A program made the translations under genes and the position numbers. A DNA stretch of 64,000 bases, from the NCBI GenBank assembly GCA_010093815.1, contig ML996569.1; one strand, given 5' to 3'. Source of the DNA: Pseudovirgaria hyperparasitica (taxonomy: Eukaryota). Positions 13,201 through 26,305 of the stretch are shown piece after piece (positions within the stretch are counted from its first letter, which is position 1; each line of letters begins with the position of its first letter). The notes beneath the pieces are model-generated. The model was not told the origin of the DNA, did no database searches, and saw nothing but the letters and a program-made list of their open reading frames with translations.

Positions 13201-14898
13201 CGGTGCCGATCGGTATAGATCGGTATAGATTACTAAAGAGATTAAAGAAGTTATTATTAAAGAAAGATAAAATTAAGAAAGCTAGAAGAAAATATAAAGA
13301 TCTATATAGATCTATATAAACTCGCACTAATCTATCTAGAAGAAGTAAGATCGCTTTAAAATTAAAATCGAAAAACTAAAAACGCTAGATAAAAGAGATA
13401 TATTAGTACCGATCGGTGTAGATCTAAACCGATTAAGTCGGAGTAGGAGTAGAAGTACTAATTACCGCGATAGTTATATCTAATTCCTTCCGCTAGTTCT
13501 TATTTAGTATAGTATAGAGCTTTATAATATAAGTCTCTAGCCTTTCGTTCCGACGCTATAAATTCTATATAGCGCGCCTTATAGCTATAAACTCCTCTAT
13601 AGAAATCTATAGAGCGGCGGGACCTAGGACGGAGAGGGACGGACCGGCGTGGGCACGCTAAGAATTATATAAATTAGCGAAAAGATTTAACGATTGGTAT
13701 AGAACCATATACCTTTAGTATAGAAACTTCTAGATTAGAGCTATCTTCCCTAAATTTACGGCTCTTTAGCACGCGCGAGGAAGGAACCTTAGCCTTTTTA
13801 CTAGAACCTTTTCTAGGAATTCTAATATTACTAGTATATAGAAAGAAGTCCGAAGTAGTAGAGATTTTAGCACTATTATAGAGATTAATATATATTAGTA
13901 AGAATCTATAACGATTTAAGAAAAACAATATTACCTAGTAATCGCGGTAATAATAGCTATAGTAGATTCTAATAAATCCTTACGGATCTTATTAGAATCG
14001 TACTTCTAGGCGTAACTCTTACCTTAGGTATATAGCTCGTAGAAAGCCTTCTCTAAGGCGTTACGATCGGTAGTACCACGCTCCTTATTAGTAGAGGTTA
14101 CTAGAGGCCTAGTAGTAATCTATACTAATATAAGTAAATCTACGTAAAGTTCTTCGAACTTAATTAAATACCTATAAGTAATAACGCTTCTTAGTTATAT
14201 AAGTACCGTATATTATAGATTTAGCACCGCCGTGAGTAACGTATAACGGAAAGCGATAACCATAATAATATATAGCTAGATTATTAGAGCCCGGCCTAGG
14301 TCGGGGTAGATTAATGGCTTTCGATATATCGGTAATGTATATAAGATAGAGATTATTCGAAGGCGTCTATTTCCGTGCCGATTACTTTAGAGTATCGAGA
14401 TTTCGGGAAACTATATTATAATTATTATTAATTTATGCGGATTATTACGAATTATATTATTACTAGCTAAGAATGGCACGAAAATTAGTAAATTACGTAA
14501 ATCGTACTAAATTATAGTAAATCTATATAAATCTATGTCTATAAGGATCGGGTAATATACCTAATAATCTAAAAAACTCTATAAAGAGTTAAGAAGTTTT
14601 TTAAAGAAAGGAATATTTCTAAGAAAAGATTTTAATATAGGTAGCACCCGGGCTTACCTAATTACATTACGTGATACGCTAGGCCTAATTAGGTAATCTC
14701 ACCTATATAAGAAATTAAGATGGATAAAATCTAGTTTATTAGGAAAACGCTTATGTAAATCTTAGATCGGCGAATATTAGTAAGTATCTAAGACGAAGTG
14801 TAGAGAACGACTAAGGTCTTACGAGACTTAGGATAGGGATATAGAGATAGGTAATAATCTAGGTTACTAAGGGTAGCTTCCTAGAGGGAAGGGATAAT

Positions 14899-15126
14899 TA
14901 TTAGGACTTAGCCTTAGGTAGGACCCGACCTATATATACCTTAGCTAATAGAGTTAGGAGGTAACGTGAAGGGCGGTAAATAGTTACATACTAGATAGAT
15001 TAGCGTCCCTTTATATATATACTCTCGGATTCCTACCGAAAGGGTTCGGTAGTAATTCGTTCTATGATAGAATACACCCCATTGTTCTATCTAACTATAC
15101 TACTATTCAATAACCCTATTCTTACA
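14899..15126 (+). repeat. Putative 3' LTR of the Gypsy element
   Basis: Preceded by the polypurine tract AGAGGGAAGGGA (14883-14894). It starts TAT (RIPed TGT), ends CTTACA and contains a TATA-like run. No matching 5' copy was recognised. Confidence 0.55.
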
Positions 15127-16525
15127 ATACGTATCCTTAGGGTGTTTAATTTAATATACCATCTAACGTTCAGATGGCGTTAGGTCTAGATAGTTCTATG
15201 CGAACCTAATCTTATTACTATCGTTCGTGAATAGGTGGAAGAATCGGCTATACTAGTAAGCCTATTTATAAAAGCTCCTTCTAGTTTTACCGTCGAAGTA
15301 AGGTAGTTTCTTAGGCTAAGGTAACTAGGATAGTAATAGACTTAGTTAGACTATTTCGGCTTAAGTTAGTCTATATTAGTATAGGTTAGTTACTACTAGT
15401 ACTAAAGCGCGTAGTACGGCTTTAAGTCTAGTAGTTCGTTCTTACGCTTTATTAAGTTCGCGAAGTTACTACTCGAGCTAAGCCTAACGCTATCTCTCCG
15501 TATATAGCTTAGTATATATATTATTATAAGGCGTGGTTAACGTTAGTCGGTTCTAATAAATTAATTCGTTAACGTTAATAGGGTCTAGTCTTATAGTAAG
15601 GATAGGTCTAGTATAGTATAAACTAGACCGCGATAGAGTATAATAGACTCCTTCCTTATTATCTAGGTAATCTTCTATGGTTATACGGAATACCGTACTA
15701 GTTATTAGTACGATAGCCTATAGAGTATACTTATTAGTAGAGGTGGTTATAGGGAGACTATTCTCTTCGTTTAGATTTAGAGAGAGTCTCTTATATAAGG
15801 TAGTACCACGGGTATTATAGCGCGTAGTAGAAGCTATCTCTATAAGCTACCATCGTGCTATATAGAGAGGAATTAAAATATAAAGAGTAAAGACGTAGGA
15901 TAGTAGTCTAATAGTTCATAGAGAGATATAGAAATGTATTTATAGAGTAATCTTACTCTTATATAAGGTTAATTCCTAACGAGTAGGAATCGGTTTATAC
16001 GGTCCACTTATATAGTGACCTCGCTTAACTTAGCTAACTTAATCTAGCTCTAGCTACTACGTGGCTACATGGATTAGAATGGTCTATATAGATCTATTAT
16101 AGTTCCTATTCTAACATATATCTCTAAATCCTTCTATAATCTATTAGACTACTATTCTATATCTATAATCTTTATACTAGAGTTCTAGTATAATATACTA
16201 TAGTATACTTTAATAAGCTTTATAAGAGAATACTCTCTTAAAAATATTATTATTATTTCTTATTTTTAAGAACTTCTCTAGATATAGCTAGATCTAGATT
16301 CTAGTCTACTATATAGATATATCTATCTATAGAATTACTTTCTTACTAATATAGCTTATTATAGTAGATCTTATAGAATAGAAGATACTAAGAGTAAGGT
16401 TTAGAAGTAGTATAGATAATATTAGAAGTAGCGGGACCTTAATAGAGGGTCTAGAATACCTAGATACTATAGAATAGAAGAGGTTTCTCTAATATACCTT
16501 TCTAACTAGCTATTTAACCATGCTA

Positions 16526-19500
16526 TTACTTTACACGCACGAGTCTATAGATAGCGAAGGTCGCGATGATATTAAAAGCCAAATACCCCCAAAGTAATCC
16601 GAAGTTACTCCATTGGCTAGCGTAATCCATCTCTAACGCCTGTAGAAATGAATTGGTGTCGGCAAGCTGGTAGTAAGCGTAGCCGCGCGAGTCGTTCGAG
16701 ATGAGATATCCCCCGTATGTCTTGATGAATGGACTTAGATAATCCGAGCATTCTTGGTTTGAGGGATTAGGGATCTGCAGGACTTCAATTTCGGAGCACT
16801 TCACGGGTTTGAAGGCCATCGAAGACGAATAGATCCCTGAAACGAGATAAGTCAGTGGCGATACGCGGTACATAAACTTCCAAAAGCTTGGCAGGTCTCC
16901 GAATGGCACTAACACCCTATTATCAATGCTAGTTAGCAGTGTAACTTCGGAGCTAAGGATTAATGGGGATAATTACCCGCAAAAGATAAGAATGAGGTAA
17001 AAGAAGAGCTGTGCAAGGTTCACTCCCATCTCAGCGTGCTCGACAGCTGCTATGACAAGGATGGCGAATGTACTAGTGAACAAATAGAACACCCAAACAA
17101 ACAGCATTACGATACCCGCTCTCTCGTGTTGTTCTGCGGCGTCCTCAATACCATTTTGAAAGCCGATCGGGAAGTACCATACAACAAATGCGCCCACAGA
17201 CATGAGAGTTTGCCAGGGTATCTCGACAATAATTTGGGACAAAATAAAAGTAGTCCAGGAGTATGTCTTCGATGGTCCCTCTCGCGCCTCGAACAGAGCT
17301 CTCGATTCAACAAAATGCGGCATAATTTGCTGTATAACTTGACTAAAGCTCATGAAGAAGAGAAACGTTGAGAACATAGAGTTTCGGAGACCTTGGATAC
17401 TTGAGGGGCTCTCCCAGAACGAGAAACCGATGAAGAAAGCCTATAACAGTTAGCATCTAGATAACAAGTATGCTTTTTCACCTACAGTGCCGACGCATAG
17501 CACGAACCGAGACCATATGTAAACAGGGCTGCGCCAGTACTCTTGGAAAGTCCTCATGAGAACATAATATAACTGCGTTTTGAAAGGCGAAGCGTATTCT
17601 GACTGATCTTGAAGCCGCTGCTGGGTCTCTGTACGGAATTCGGTATCAGCGCCACCCGGCTGCGCGCTGATCGTGTCCAGGAAGCGCCGTGTATCGCTAT
17701 ATTCTGCTGATTTCTTCCAGATTTGTGCCCAATTAGGGCTGTCCAGATTCTTCACGGTCGATCCTATTATATCAACCACCCATTCGGCAGGATTCTGATC
17801 GCTTCCACAGCTCAGTGCACCGTGCCGCTCAAAATAACTTGTCATTCTCGCAACTTCACCAAAGTACGCTGTCTCGCCTCCAGCAACAAGAAGCAGGATT
17901 TGGTCGAACTGCTGCAGAATCTGAGCTGATGGCTGATGAACCGTACACATGATTGATTGGCCCTCATGAGCGAGCTTTCGCAACAGTTGGCAGATCGACC
18001 ATGCAGATTGACTATCGAGACCAGACGTTGGTTCATCTATGCACTACTAAGCAATTTGATATGCATCTCCAACTGCGTGACCTTACCAAGAAATAAAAGC
18101 AGTTCGGGCTTCGCTACCATCTCAACGCCTATACTCAGACGTTTTCGTTGCTCAATATTCAGGCCTGGTGACATTTTAGTAACCATGAGATTGACATCCG
18201 AGGACTAAGCTTGCGAAGTCTACCTTGCCCTGGAACGCCAATAACTGCGTGTTGGAATGCTTCCATCTCGAGAATATGGACAATATAGTCAACGTATTCC
18301 ATCTTCTCGGCTTGCGGAGTAATAGCAGACTGCCTCAGCATAGCGCTGAATACTAAAGCTTCTCGTACGGTGCTTGTAGGTTGATGAACATCATCCTGCT
18401 GTACGTACCCAATCTTCCGTTGTGTTGATGTGCTTCGAGGGCTACCATTAACCAATATGTCACCACGTACGTCGCTTGGCGACACTCGATTCGCAAGCAC
18501 GTTCAGCAGCGTCGTCTTACCAGCGCCAGTTGCTCCCATCAATGCTGTGAGACAGCCGGACCGAATGAAGCCGTCAACGCCGTTGATGATCTTCTTGGTG
18601 GTGTTTCGATGATGGACTTCGTAGCAAAGATCTTTCCAGACGAAGGTGGGTCCTGTAGTTTCTTCTGAACTTGGATTGACGCGCCCATGTGACGTGGCTA
18701 CTGGGAGTCGAAGCATCGCGGGTCTTTCCTCATCAGCTCCTCGCGACTTGTAGACCTGATTCCTCTTCTTGAATAGAAGCACTTCGCCCTTGGAGCGTTG
18801 CGCCAGAATCTTCTCTGATGTAAATAGATGAGCCACACAAAATACAAACCCCATGGCAATTATGATACCCAGATTCCTATGATACGTAAGCAATTGAGAA
18901 ATGGACAAGGAATTTACTGACCGCCAAAGATGCGAAGCACGAAAGTCGTAGTTTAGAGCCAAAAAGGAATCACCATCGATCCAGTTCTGACCTGGAACGG
19001 CGCCATTCGTTGCGCATACCCTGTCCAATGGGCTTAGACCCTCGTATGAGGGTCCATAAGGCACAAATCTAGCGCAGTCAAATCGACGCTCAGAGAACTA
19101 GGACTCGTATTAGAATAGCAGGCTTCGGTGCTGGTTGGAACTAACCTCATTTATCATCAGAGCCTCATAGGTATATGACAATGGATTGATGTAGGCTATC
19201 CAGCTTAGCCATGGATGCATGAGCCCGACCGGAATTATGAATCCGGCATAGATAATATAATTGAGGATAAAAATAGCTACGGGAGCCATTGTCTGTTCGA
19301 TAGTACGAGATGAAGAGCCGACCATGCGAAAGAACATAGACATGGTGATGAAGCATGTGAATGAAAAGAGAAACCAGATGAAAAAGGCCTCCGGGGTCCT
19401 TCGGAGATTTGTCATGAAGTAGAGGGCAAGGTTGAAACAGACAGAAGTGAAGACTTTGTTAGGGATATCGCAGATCATCGCCGCTGCCGCTTCGACAAAT

Positions 19501-21120
19501 GGGTGATAGAAACGATATCGATTTTGCTTCTCCACGATGGGACGCTGGGCCCAGATAGTGAGGACTTCGAAAGCACTCATAAACGCGTTCAAGAGTACAG
19601 CGAAGAATATTAGGACGCTACGGTTGTCCAGGCTTGCTGTCGTAGAGTCCTGACCCAAGAATACGCTTCCAACAATGACGGCCATCACAACATTCCCGAA
19701 AGTGCCACTTAATGCCGGCGAGATGTTTCTAGATAGTCTTTGAAAGGCGCGACGTATGCAAAGTAGTATTTGAGACAGGAGAGATATTGTATATGGCGAC
19801 GAATTTGATCTGTAATGCCAATTAGGAATAAATTCAAGAACGTCTGATCTAACTACATCTTACTGGCCTTCCCTGCATGTATTTTCCGGGTGAATGTAGC
19901 ACAGCCGGATCCGATCGGATAGTCGTGTTCATAGGTCTGCAGGTCCTGCAGAAGCTTCGTGCGGCTAGAGCTTCTTTCCCAGTGCTCTGCAAATTGCGTC
20001 GGGCTCCGGAGAAGACTCGATGGAGTGTCTGGGGTTGCAAGCAGTCTCGCCTCAGCCGGATGTGTGATTGCCGTCAAGAAATCCGCTGTCGATACATGCT
20101 TAGGACATTTGAACCCCAACTCCTCGAAGTACGTTTTTGCATTGTTAGTCGTCCCAAAGAATATCTGTCGACCCTCATAGAGTAAAATTACCTTGTCGAA
20201 AGTGTCGAAGATCGCCTGAGAGGCTTGATATATGCTCATTATGATACAGCCACCTGACGAGGTCGCATAGTAGCGTAGTACACGCACGAATGAGAGAGCA
20301 GTAGAACTATCAAGACCTCGAGTGCTGTTATCCCAGAGTTGGAATGGAGCCCAGCTCAGGATGGCTTCTGCAATACTAACGCGTTTCCGTTCGCCGCCGG
20401 ACACTCCTCGAATGACATGATTGCCAATCAGAACACTAGATGCTCGTTCCAAGTTGAACAAAGTGATGAGAGCTGCTTTGAGGTGTTCCGACCACTCCAA
20501 AACGGATTTGCCTACCTGTGGCGAAAGAGCCGTCTTCGCGCGTGCAGCGAAAGATAAAGTCTGATCAACGCTCAATTCCGGGAAGTGAACATCTTCTTCG
20601 GCAGTGTATATCATCTCCCCTGGGAAAAGGCGCCTCATCTGATCTGATGTAATACCTAGTCCAGTAAGTTTAGAAGAGCTGGAGAGCTGGAGAGCTGGAG
20701 GGCATTACCATGATAGTTAAGGCTAGCCTGAGCATCGACATTTATCCCATTCCTGTCACCAGCTAGAGATTTGAGCAGCGTTGAGCAGCCGCTTCCTGGT
20801 CTGCCAAGGACCAGTAGCATCTCGCCGCTCCGGACCACCCCTTCAAAGTCATGGAGAATCTGAACCCTTGTCTTCTTCGAAACCAGCTGAAGACAACGAT
20901 GATAAAAAAGGGTCGGATAACTCAAAACCGTATGTTGGCAATTTTGAAGGCCAAGCGAGCCGAACACGCTTAGTCGAGAAAAACTCACGCTCAAGCGTTT
21001 GCTCGACTGACCACTCGTATTTTCTTTCAAGCGTTGCACATTCTCAAACCAAAGTTGAGCATCGAAAGAATCACGGAGAGGGTCGAGCTTCGAGGCAGCA
21101 GGAGGTTGGGATTTGGTCAT
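16526..21120 (-). CDS. PDR-type (full-size ABCG) multidrug transporter, multi-exon
   Basis: NBD1 motifs [22 protein letters not shown] and WDNSTRGLD, then TMD1. NBD2 motifs [24 protein letters not shown] and DEPTSGLDS, then TMD2 ending [15 protein letters not shown]. Confidence 0.95.
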
Positions 21121-22494
21121 GTTGACACGAAATCTGGTCGGGTAGAATAGAGGAGGGTAGAATGCTAAAAGAGTAGCAAAGTATGTTTGGAGAAAATACA
21201 AGAATTTGAGGACCTGAGAATGAAAGCCTAAGAGGGTTTGTTAGTGCATCGAAAGAGTTGTATAGGCAAGGTCCTCTTTACGTAAGGAAGTAGCTGAAAG
21301 GGCATAACTCCTACCTAAGTGGCACTTATCTACCATCACATGCATCGGAAACTTCAAAACCCTGAATGACACCCCTGACACCTGGTGAAACCAAGACGAA
21401 AGGAAATCGTTAGCCAGGGCCCTGCCTCCAGACAGACTCCCAAGGTTGACCGGACTGTTACATCTCCCCTTGATCCCCCCCCTTCCCCCCTCCTCTCTTC
21501 CCTGCGACAGGTCCTCCCATGCAGAATATTCACACTATAACCAATGTAAAATTTTGTACTTGATGTTGAGGCCACGGTAAATGTTACGGTTCACATGTCG
21601 AAAGAGAGCCGCGAATGAGGATATTGCAGCGAATGTTGCAGCTCAATCGAGAGCCAAGATGATGCAATACCACTTCAAGAAGGACAGAAGTGGCAAGAGC
21701 TCAGGTATAGATAGTTGCACGGTAGTATCTAGCATGACGGATTCGGTGAACGAGTATTTGATGATTGAAGTGATACAATACGATAGTAGTGGCCAACAAA
21801 CTTGCTGCCCCTGACAGCACGAATGCATAACGTTGAGGCGAGGTATGATCCTCGCAAAGCTCAGCAAGATAGCGATGCCAGCGATGAGTCCAACTACGAT
21901 CTATGAATTCTCCCCGCATGATCGATCGATCTTCCATTGCTACATTGGGTCGTCAATCGGTACTAATGGAATAGAAGCAAATAGTCTGTTGGGATCCATA
22001 ATCCTTTAGGATTCATCTTGTGAACGTCTGTTCTGAAGATGTCGTCCACTGTCTGCCGTAAGGGTCTGGCGGATTTGTGCTTCTTATACAGCCGCTCCGT
22101 TCTTAACACTGAACGATGGGATAATGCCAAAGCTAAAGAGAATACTTCGATTGCGTCGAAACTATTCTTTAGAATTGATCGGAGAAACGAGCCACCAAGC
22201 CATCAGATGTCACCTAGCCACATTCAGCCAGTTGCGTTTGGAGGGCTGCCCTCGAAAATACTAGTCGAATGTGAAGACATGCAAGACTGTGGTAATAAGG
22301 CACGGTTTGGAAAGGGAGGGCGGGTATGACAGACTGATGTAACGTCGTTCCCGCGCCGCAAAGATGCGTCGTTCACATGGAAATATCGATCCTCCTCTCG
22401 CCTTTGACCTTAATTTCGCACTACTTGACTTTTCATGTCAAGAGGGCAGTTCTACATAATCTCGAAAACCCTTATCTCTATTACAAATATCACA

Positions 22495-24240
22495 ATGGGC
22501 GACCTTGTGAGAGTGCTTTTCTTCATCTTGGTCGCCGGGCTCGCATTCATCGTATCCGGTATCCGAAAGCTTTTGCACTCTAGGCGCCGCATTACCAAGC
22601 TTCAGAAGGCTGGCCTCGTAGGTTCAACCTTCGCTTCTTGACGAAAAGTCCTAATGCGAAGTCAGCCAATGCCTAAACACAACTTCCTTACAGGACACTT
22701 GCTCGAAATGAAGCGATACATGGACACCGTTCCTTCAGACTCCACCATCAATACTACCATTGCTGCTATGGCGCACGAATTTCCAGGAGGAGTATTCTAT
22801 ATCGATCTTTGGCCGTTCACCAAGCCTCTGCTTATATCCACTACACCTTCGAGCGGGTATCAATTACAACAACATGCCCTTGACAAACCCAAAGAAATTT
22901 CCGATGCCTTTTGGCATCTGACGGGCGGCCCAAACCTCTTCACGATGCCAGAGACTCCTTGGAAACCGTGGCGTACCATCCTCAATCCGGCATTTAGCCC
23001 CGCTCACATACTCACCTTGTCGAAGACCATCGCAACCGAAATGCAAGTCTTTTGCGAGATCCTTGAGGAGAAAGCACATCGAGGCAGCATATTTCAACTC
23101 GAAGACTTGACACTAAAACTTACTGTGGATGTCATAGTAGCAGTAGCTCTGTAAGTATTTTCAGATGAACACTAGCCGTATACTCACGAAAATCTTAGCA
23201 ATACGCGGCTTCATTACCAGCAGAAAGAGAATGCCCTGGCGTCATCCTTGCGAACTTTGATTGAATGGACTTCATTCGGGGATGACCTCAATCCCTTCAC
23301 ACGATATAACCCATTGCGGCCGCTCGTTCAATTCTATCTCAGCCGAAAACTTAACAATCTGATTGAAGTTGAGATTGACCGACAATATTCCGAACTTTTG
23401 GAAGATCAGAGTCTCTCAAAAGAGACAACGAACTCAAAGTCCATCATGTATCTGACGTTGCAGAACTACTTGAATGAGACAAAGAAATCCAAGGAAACTC
23501 AAAGATCTACATCGAAAGGATTGGACCGAAACTTCAAAAACGTGGCAGCTGCTCAGATACGGTTGTTCCTCGTAGCTGGCCACGACACAACCAGCAGCAC
23601 CCTGTTGTACTGCTACTACCTTCTTGGCACAAGCCCCGACGCGATGCGCAAGATCCGCGAAGAGCACGAAAATGTTTTTGGCTCAACGGACGTTTACAAC
23701 GCAATTTCACAAGACGCAACATGCTTGAACCGACTACCATACACATCTGCTGTAATCAAAGAAGCTGGGCGCCTGTTTCCAGCCGCTTCCGCGATGCGAG
23801 GCGGTGTTCCCGGTGTCTCAATCACTGACGATGACGGCAGAGAGTTCCCAAGCGACGGTTGCAGTATTTGGGTCATCCACCTCCTGCTTCATCGGAATCC
23901 CAAATATTGGAAGGATCCCCACGCATTCATCCCGGAACGGTGGTTGATCGAGGACCCAAAAGATCCTTTGCACCCAGTGAAGGGTGCTTGGCGACCTTTC
24001 GAATTTGGACCCCGTAATTGCATCGGGCAGTCATTAGCAACACTGGAGATGCGCATCGCGCTCGCCATGACAATTCGCAAGTTTGACATCAAGCCAGCGT
24101 ATGATGAGTGGGACAAGATTCATAAGAACACGCGCAAGAAGATTGTATTTGGTACCCGGGCATACCAAGTTCAAGGAGGTGGTGGAGGCGCTCACCCGTC
24201 CGCTGGTCTACCATGTGAGGTTTTTGTAAGGAACGGATAG
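22495..24240 (+). CDS. Cytochrome P450 (resembles the StcS/AflN-like group)
   Basis: N-terminal TM anchor, AGHDTT I-helix, EAGR (ExxR), PERW and heme motif FEFGPRNCIG. Introns at ~22618-22665 and ~23151-23198. Confidence 0.93.
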
Positions 24241-24624
24241 GTTGGTAAGGGTCATCACTTAGCTTCATAACATACCAATCAATCTTCTTAAAGATCTCTC
24301 CTCTCACCGGTATGTTTTTTTTCCGCCGCATCTTTCATACGAAACAACCTTGAGTAAGCACAGCAAGTAGCGGAGCTTATGGGGTTCCTGAGATCCATCC
24401 ATCCTATTCTAGCGGCTAGCTCGGTTCGTCCTTCCGATCGGATTCAATGGCAGGCTAGGTACTAAGGACCGCTCGACGGACTACACAGTAGTTCATCGGA
24501 CGCGGAAGGTAGAATCCCCCAGCGCGCTAGATCAGCCACAGTGTTCATCACTTACACCCATATCCATGTATCTTCCAACATTTTATCAATTTCTCGGAGA
24601 GTGTTGTCGACGAATAGTGGCCAC

Positions 24625-24840
24625 CTTGCTGACAGCAAATCGATGACCACTGTTCATGAACCCTCAGTCGTCCCCGGCTCGGTCATACAGCCCTATTCAA
24701 GCTAGCTATGCAGTAGACATGTATCATAAGTTTACCTGTGATGTCGTTGCTGATAGCAAACCGACGATCACTGATCGCGAACCCTCAGTTGTTTTCGATT
24801 GGAATTCGATCCCAATGCCCTGTTCAAGTTAGATTTGCGT
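24625..24840. repeat. Diverged tandem duplication (~120-bp period), possibly an ankyrin-repeat relic on the minus strand
   Basis: ttgctgacagcaaatcgatgaccactgttcatgaaccctcagt versus ttgctgatagcaaaccgacgatcactgatcgcgaaccctcagt. The minus frames read TTEGSRSVIVGLLSA and TTEGS*TVVIDLLSA. Confidence 0.5.
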
Positions 24841-26305
24841 GGAGACTGCATCTTCCGTTTGCCTTGAATCTCTTGGACCCTGGACCTGTTGTGTCTTAGC
24901 AGCAACAGCCTCAGAAGATTTAGGAGCAATTTGGGCGTGAGTCTCATTCCGTTCGGTCCTTGGCGAACACTTGTGCCGCTTGTAATGTAGACTGAAAAAT
25001 TGGCATTGGTGTTGCTTTACAGGGCGTTAGCTGACAAACTATACAGTGCAAGTTCTACCGCCATCATCTGCGTCTTCTAGACTTTGTACGAAGTGTAATC
25101 ATCGAAGAAGCTGCACGATGCGGTATTGGCAGAGGCGCATGCGGCTTCATCACAGGAAGATGGAGAACCCAAACAGTCGCAGCTTCTCAGCTCTCTTATC
25201 TTCGATCAGTCTACGATGAGACTCTTCGGCTTTGAATGTCGTTTGGTCACGATCCGCGTAGGAGCACGAAAGGACTTGCAACTGGGACCTTGGAGAATTC
25301 CTCGGAACGGCGTCTTTCCGAAGGATCCGTCAAGCGGACTGTGAGGAACGAGACCTCATAGTACTATCATCCCGACACGCCCTGAGGATCAAGATTCTTC
25401 TCGAGCTGGACCAGCAGATGTTCCCACGTTCAATATGGATGGAATGGATGCATCCTGGATCCCGTATGGTGGTGGACCGCGAATGTGCCCGGGGCGCAGA
25501 CAACACAAGCTCCCTGCCGTTACACTTCACAAGGAGTGTCGGCGTCCATGACAGAGCCACTAATCTCGAGCTGTGCCATGTTGTTGCATAAAATGATCAA
25601 AGCCATCCATGTGCCGAACGACCACGAAACACTGCGTAGATGTATAGTCTGGAATCTCATCATCAGCTTGAGCTAGATGTCAATCGAAATAGCCTAGTTT
25701 CCTTGCTGCAGCTGCAACTGTTCAGGCATCAACAACTCCCATGACCTGTACGATTACCCTCCACCTACTTGTGTCCTGGTAAAGTATAACATCACTCGGT
25801 ACTGCGCCACACGAAATTGTGAGCATTCCAGGTTGAGGGGCTCGGCCAGCGGTGTCTAGCTTAGGACCTATAGATGGATCCTACCTAGGTAGTAGTAAAG
25901 TCGCTTCCTATCCGCGTCCTTGTAAATCACCTAGATACGCGGTACTCGGTAGTACCTCTTAAACCTTGGAAGAAGAGACGCGCGAAGTCCGAATATATCT
26001 TCCATCTAGTGGCTTCGAAGAGGCTGTGGGCATGTTCGTGTCGCTGTACGAATTGGATTGATGAGGGAGTTCCAAGGTTGGGAACAGCCAAGAGCCAAGC
26101 CTGGTCGCGTCCCCCAGCCAGTTCTACCTAGTACGTAACATTCAATTAGTAAAAAGTTACGAACGGTTATTAAGGTACGTTCGACTGATTACCTCGGAAG
26201 CTTGTGATAGTATGTACTTAAGTTTAACGGCTAGGCTCGCAGATAAAAGCTCCTGACCAGCCACGTTACTATACGTTCGTGTCTTGACTATTATGTATTC
26301 AAGCC

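Larger units (their letters stand above)
2300..15126 (+). mobile_element. RIP-degraded Ty3/Gypsy LTR retrotransposon (chromovirus), interrupted by a LINE
   Basis: Gag CCHC knuckle relic at 3964-4005. In-phase A AAA AAA slippery site at 4014-4020 with pol in the -1 frame. Protease ALVDT[G] at 4164. RT GDEWKTAFRTRYG..MPFGLTN at ~5035-5115 and YLD[D]ILIYS at 5184-5210, resuming at ~10500. RNase H ET[D]AS at ~10960. Integrase HHCC, SMDFITDLP (~11910) and TDGQTER (~12200). Chromodomain YEV..I...WKGY....TWEP at ~12808-12910. The left boundary is uncertain. Confidence 0.9.
1..16560. repeat. RIP-mutated AT-rich repeat block
   Basis: Strong TpA excess with depleted CpA/TpG while CpG is retained. Recognisable protein motifs are riddled with TAA/TAG at Gln/Trp positions. 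Composition switches to ordinary genic DNA near 16.5 kb. Confidence 0.95.

Noticed and set aside
1844..13928. Short ORFs listed in the AT-rich block
   Set aside because: They are chance Ile/Tyr-rich frames in RIPed TE sequence, mostly antisense or off-frame.
15130..16500. RIPed gene relic between the LTR and the ABC transporter (possible lost cluster gene)
   Set aside because: It is too degraded to recover any diagnostic motif by eye.
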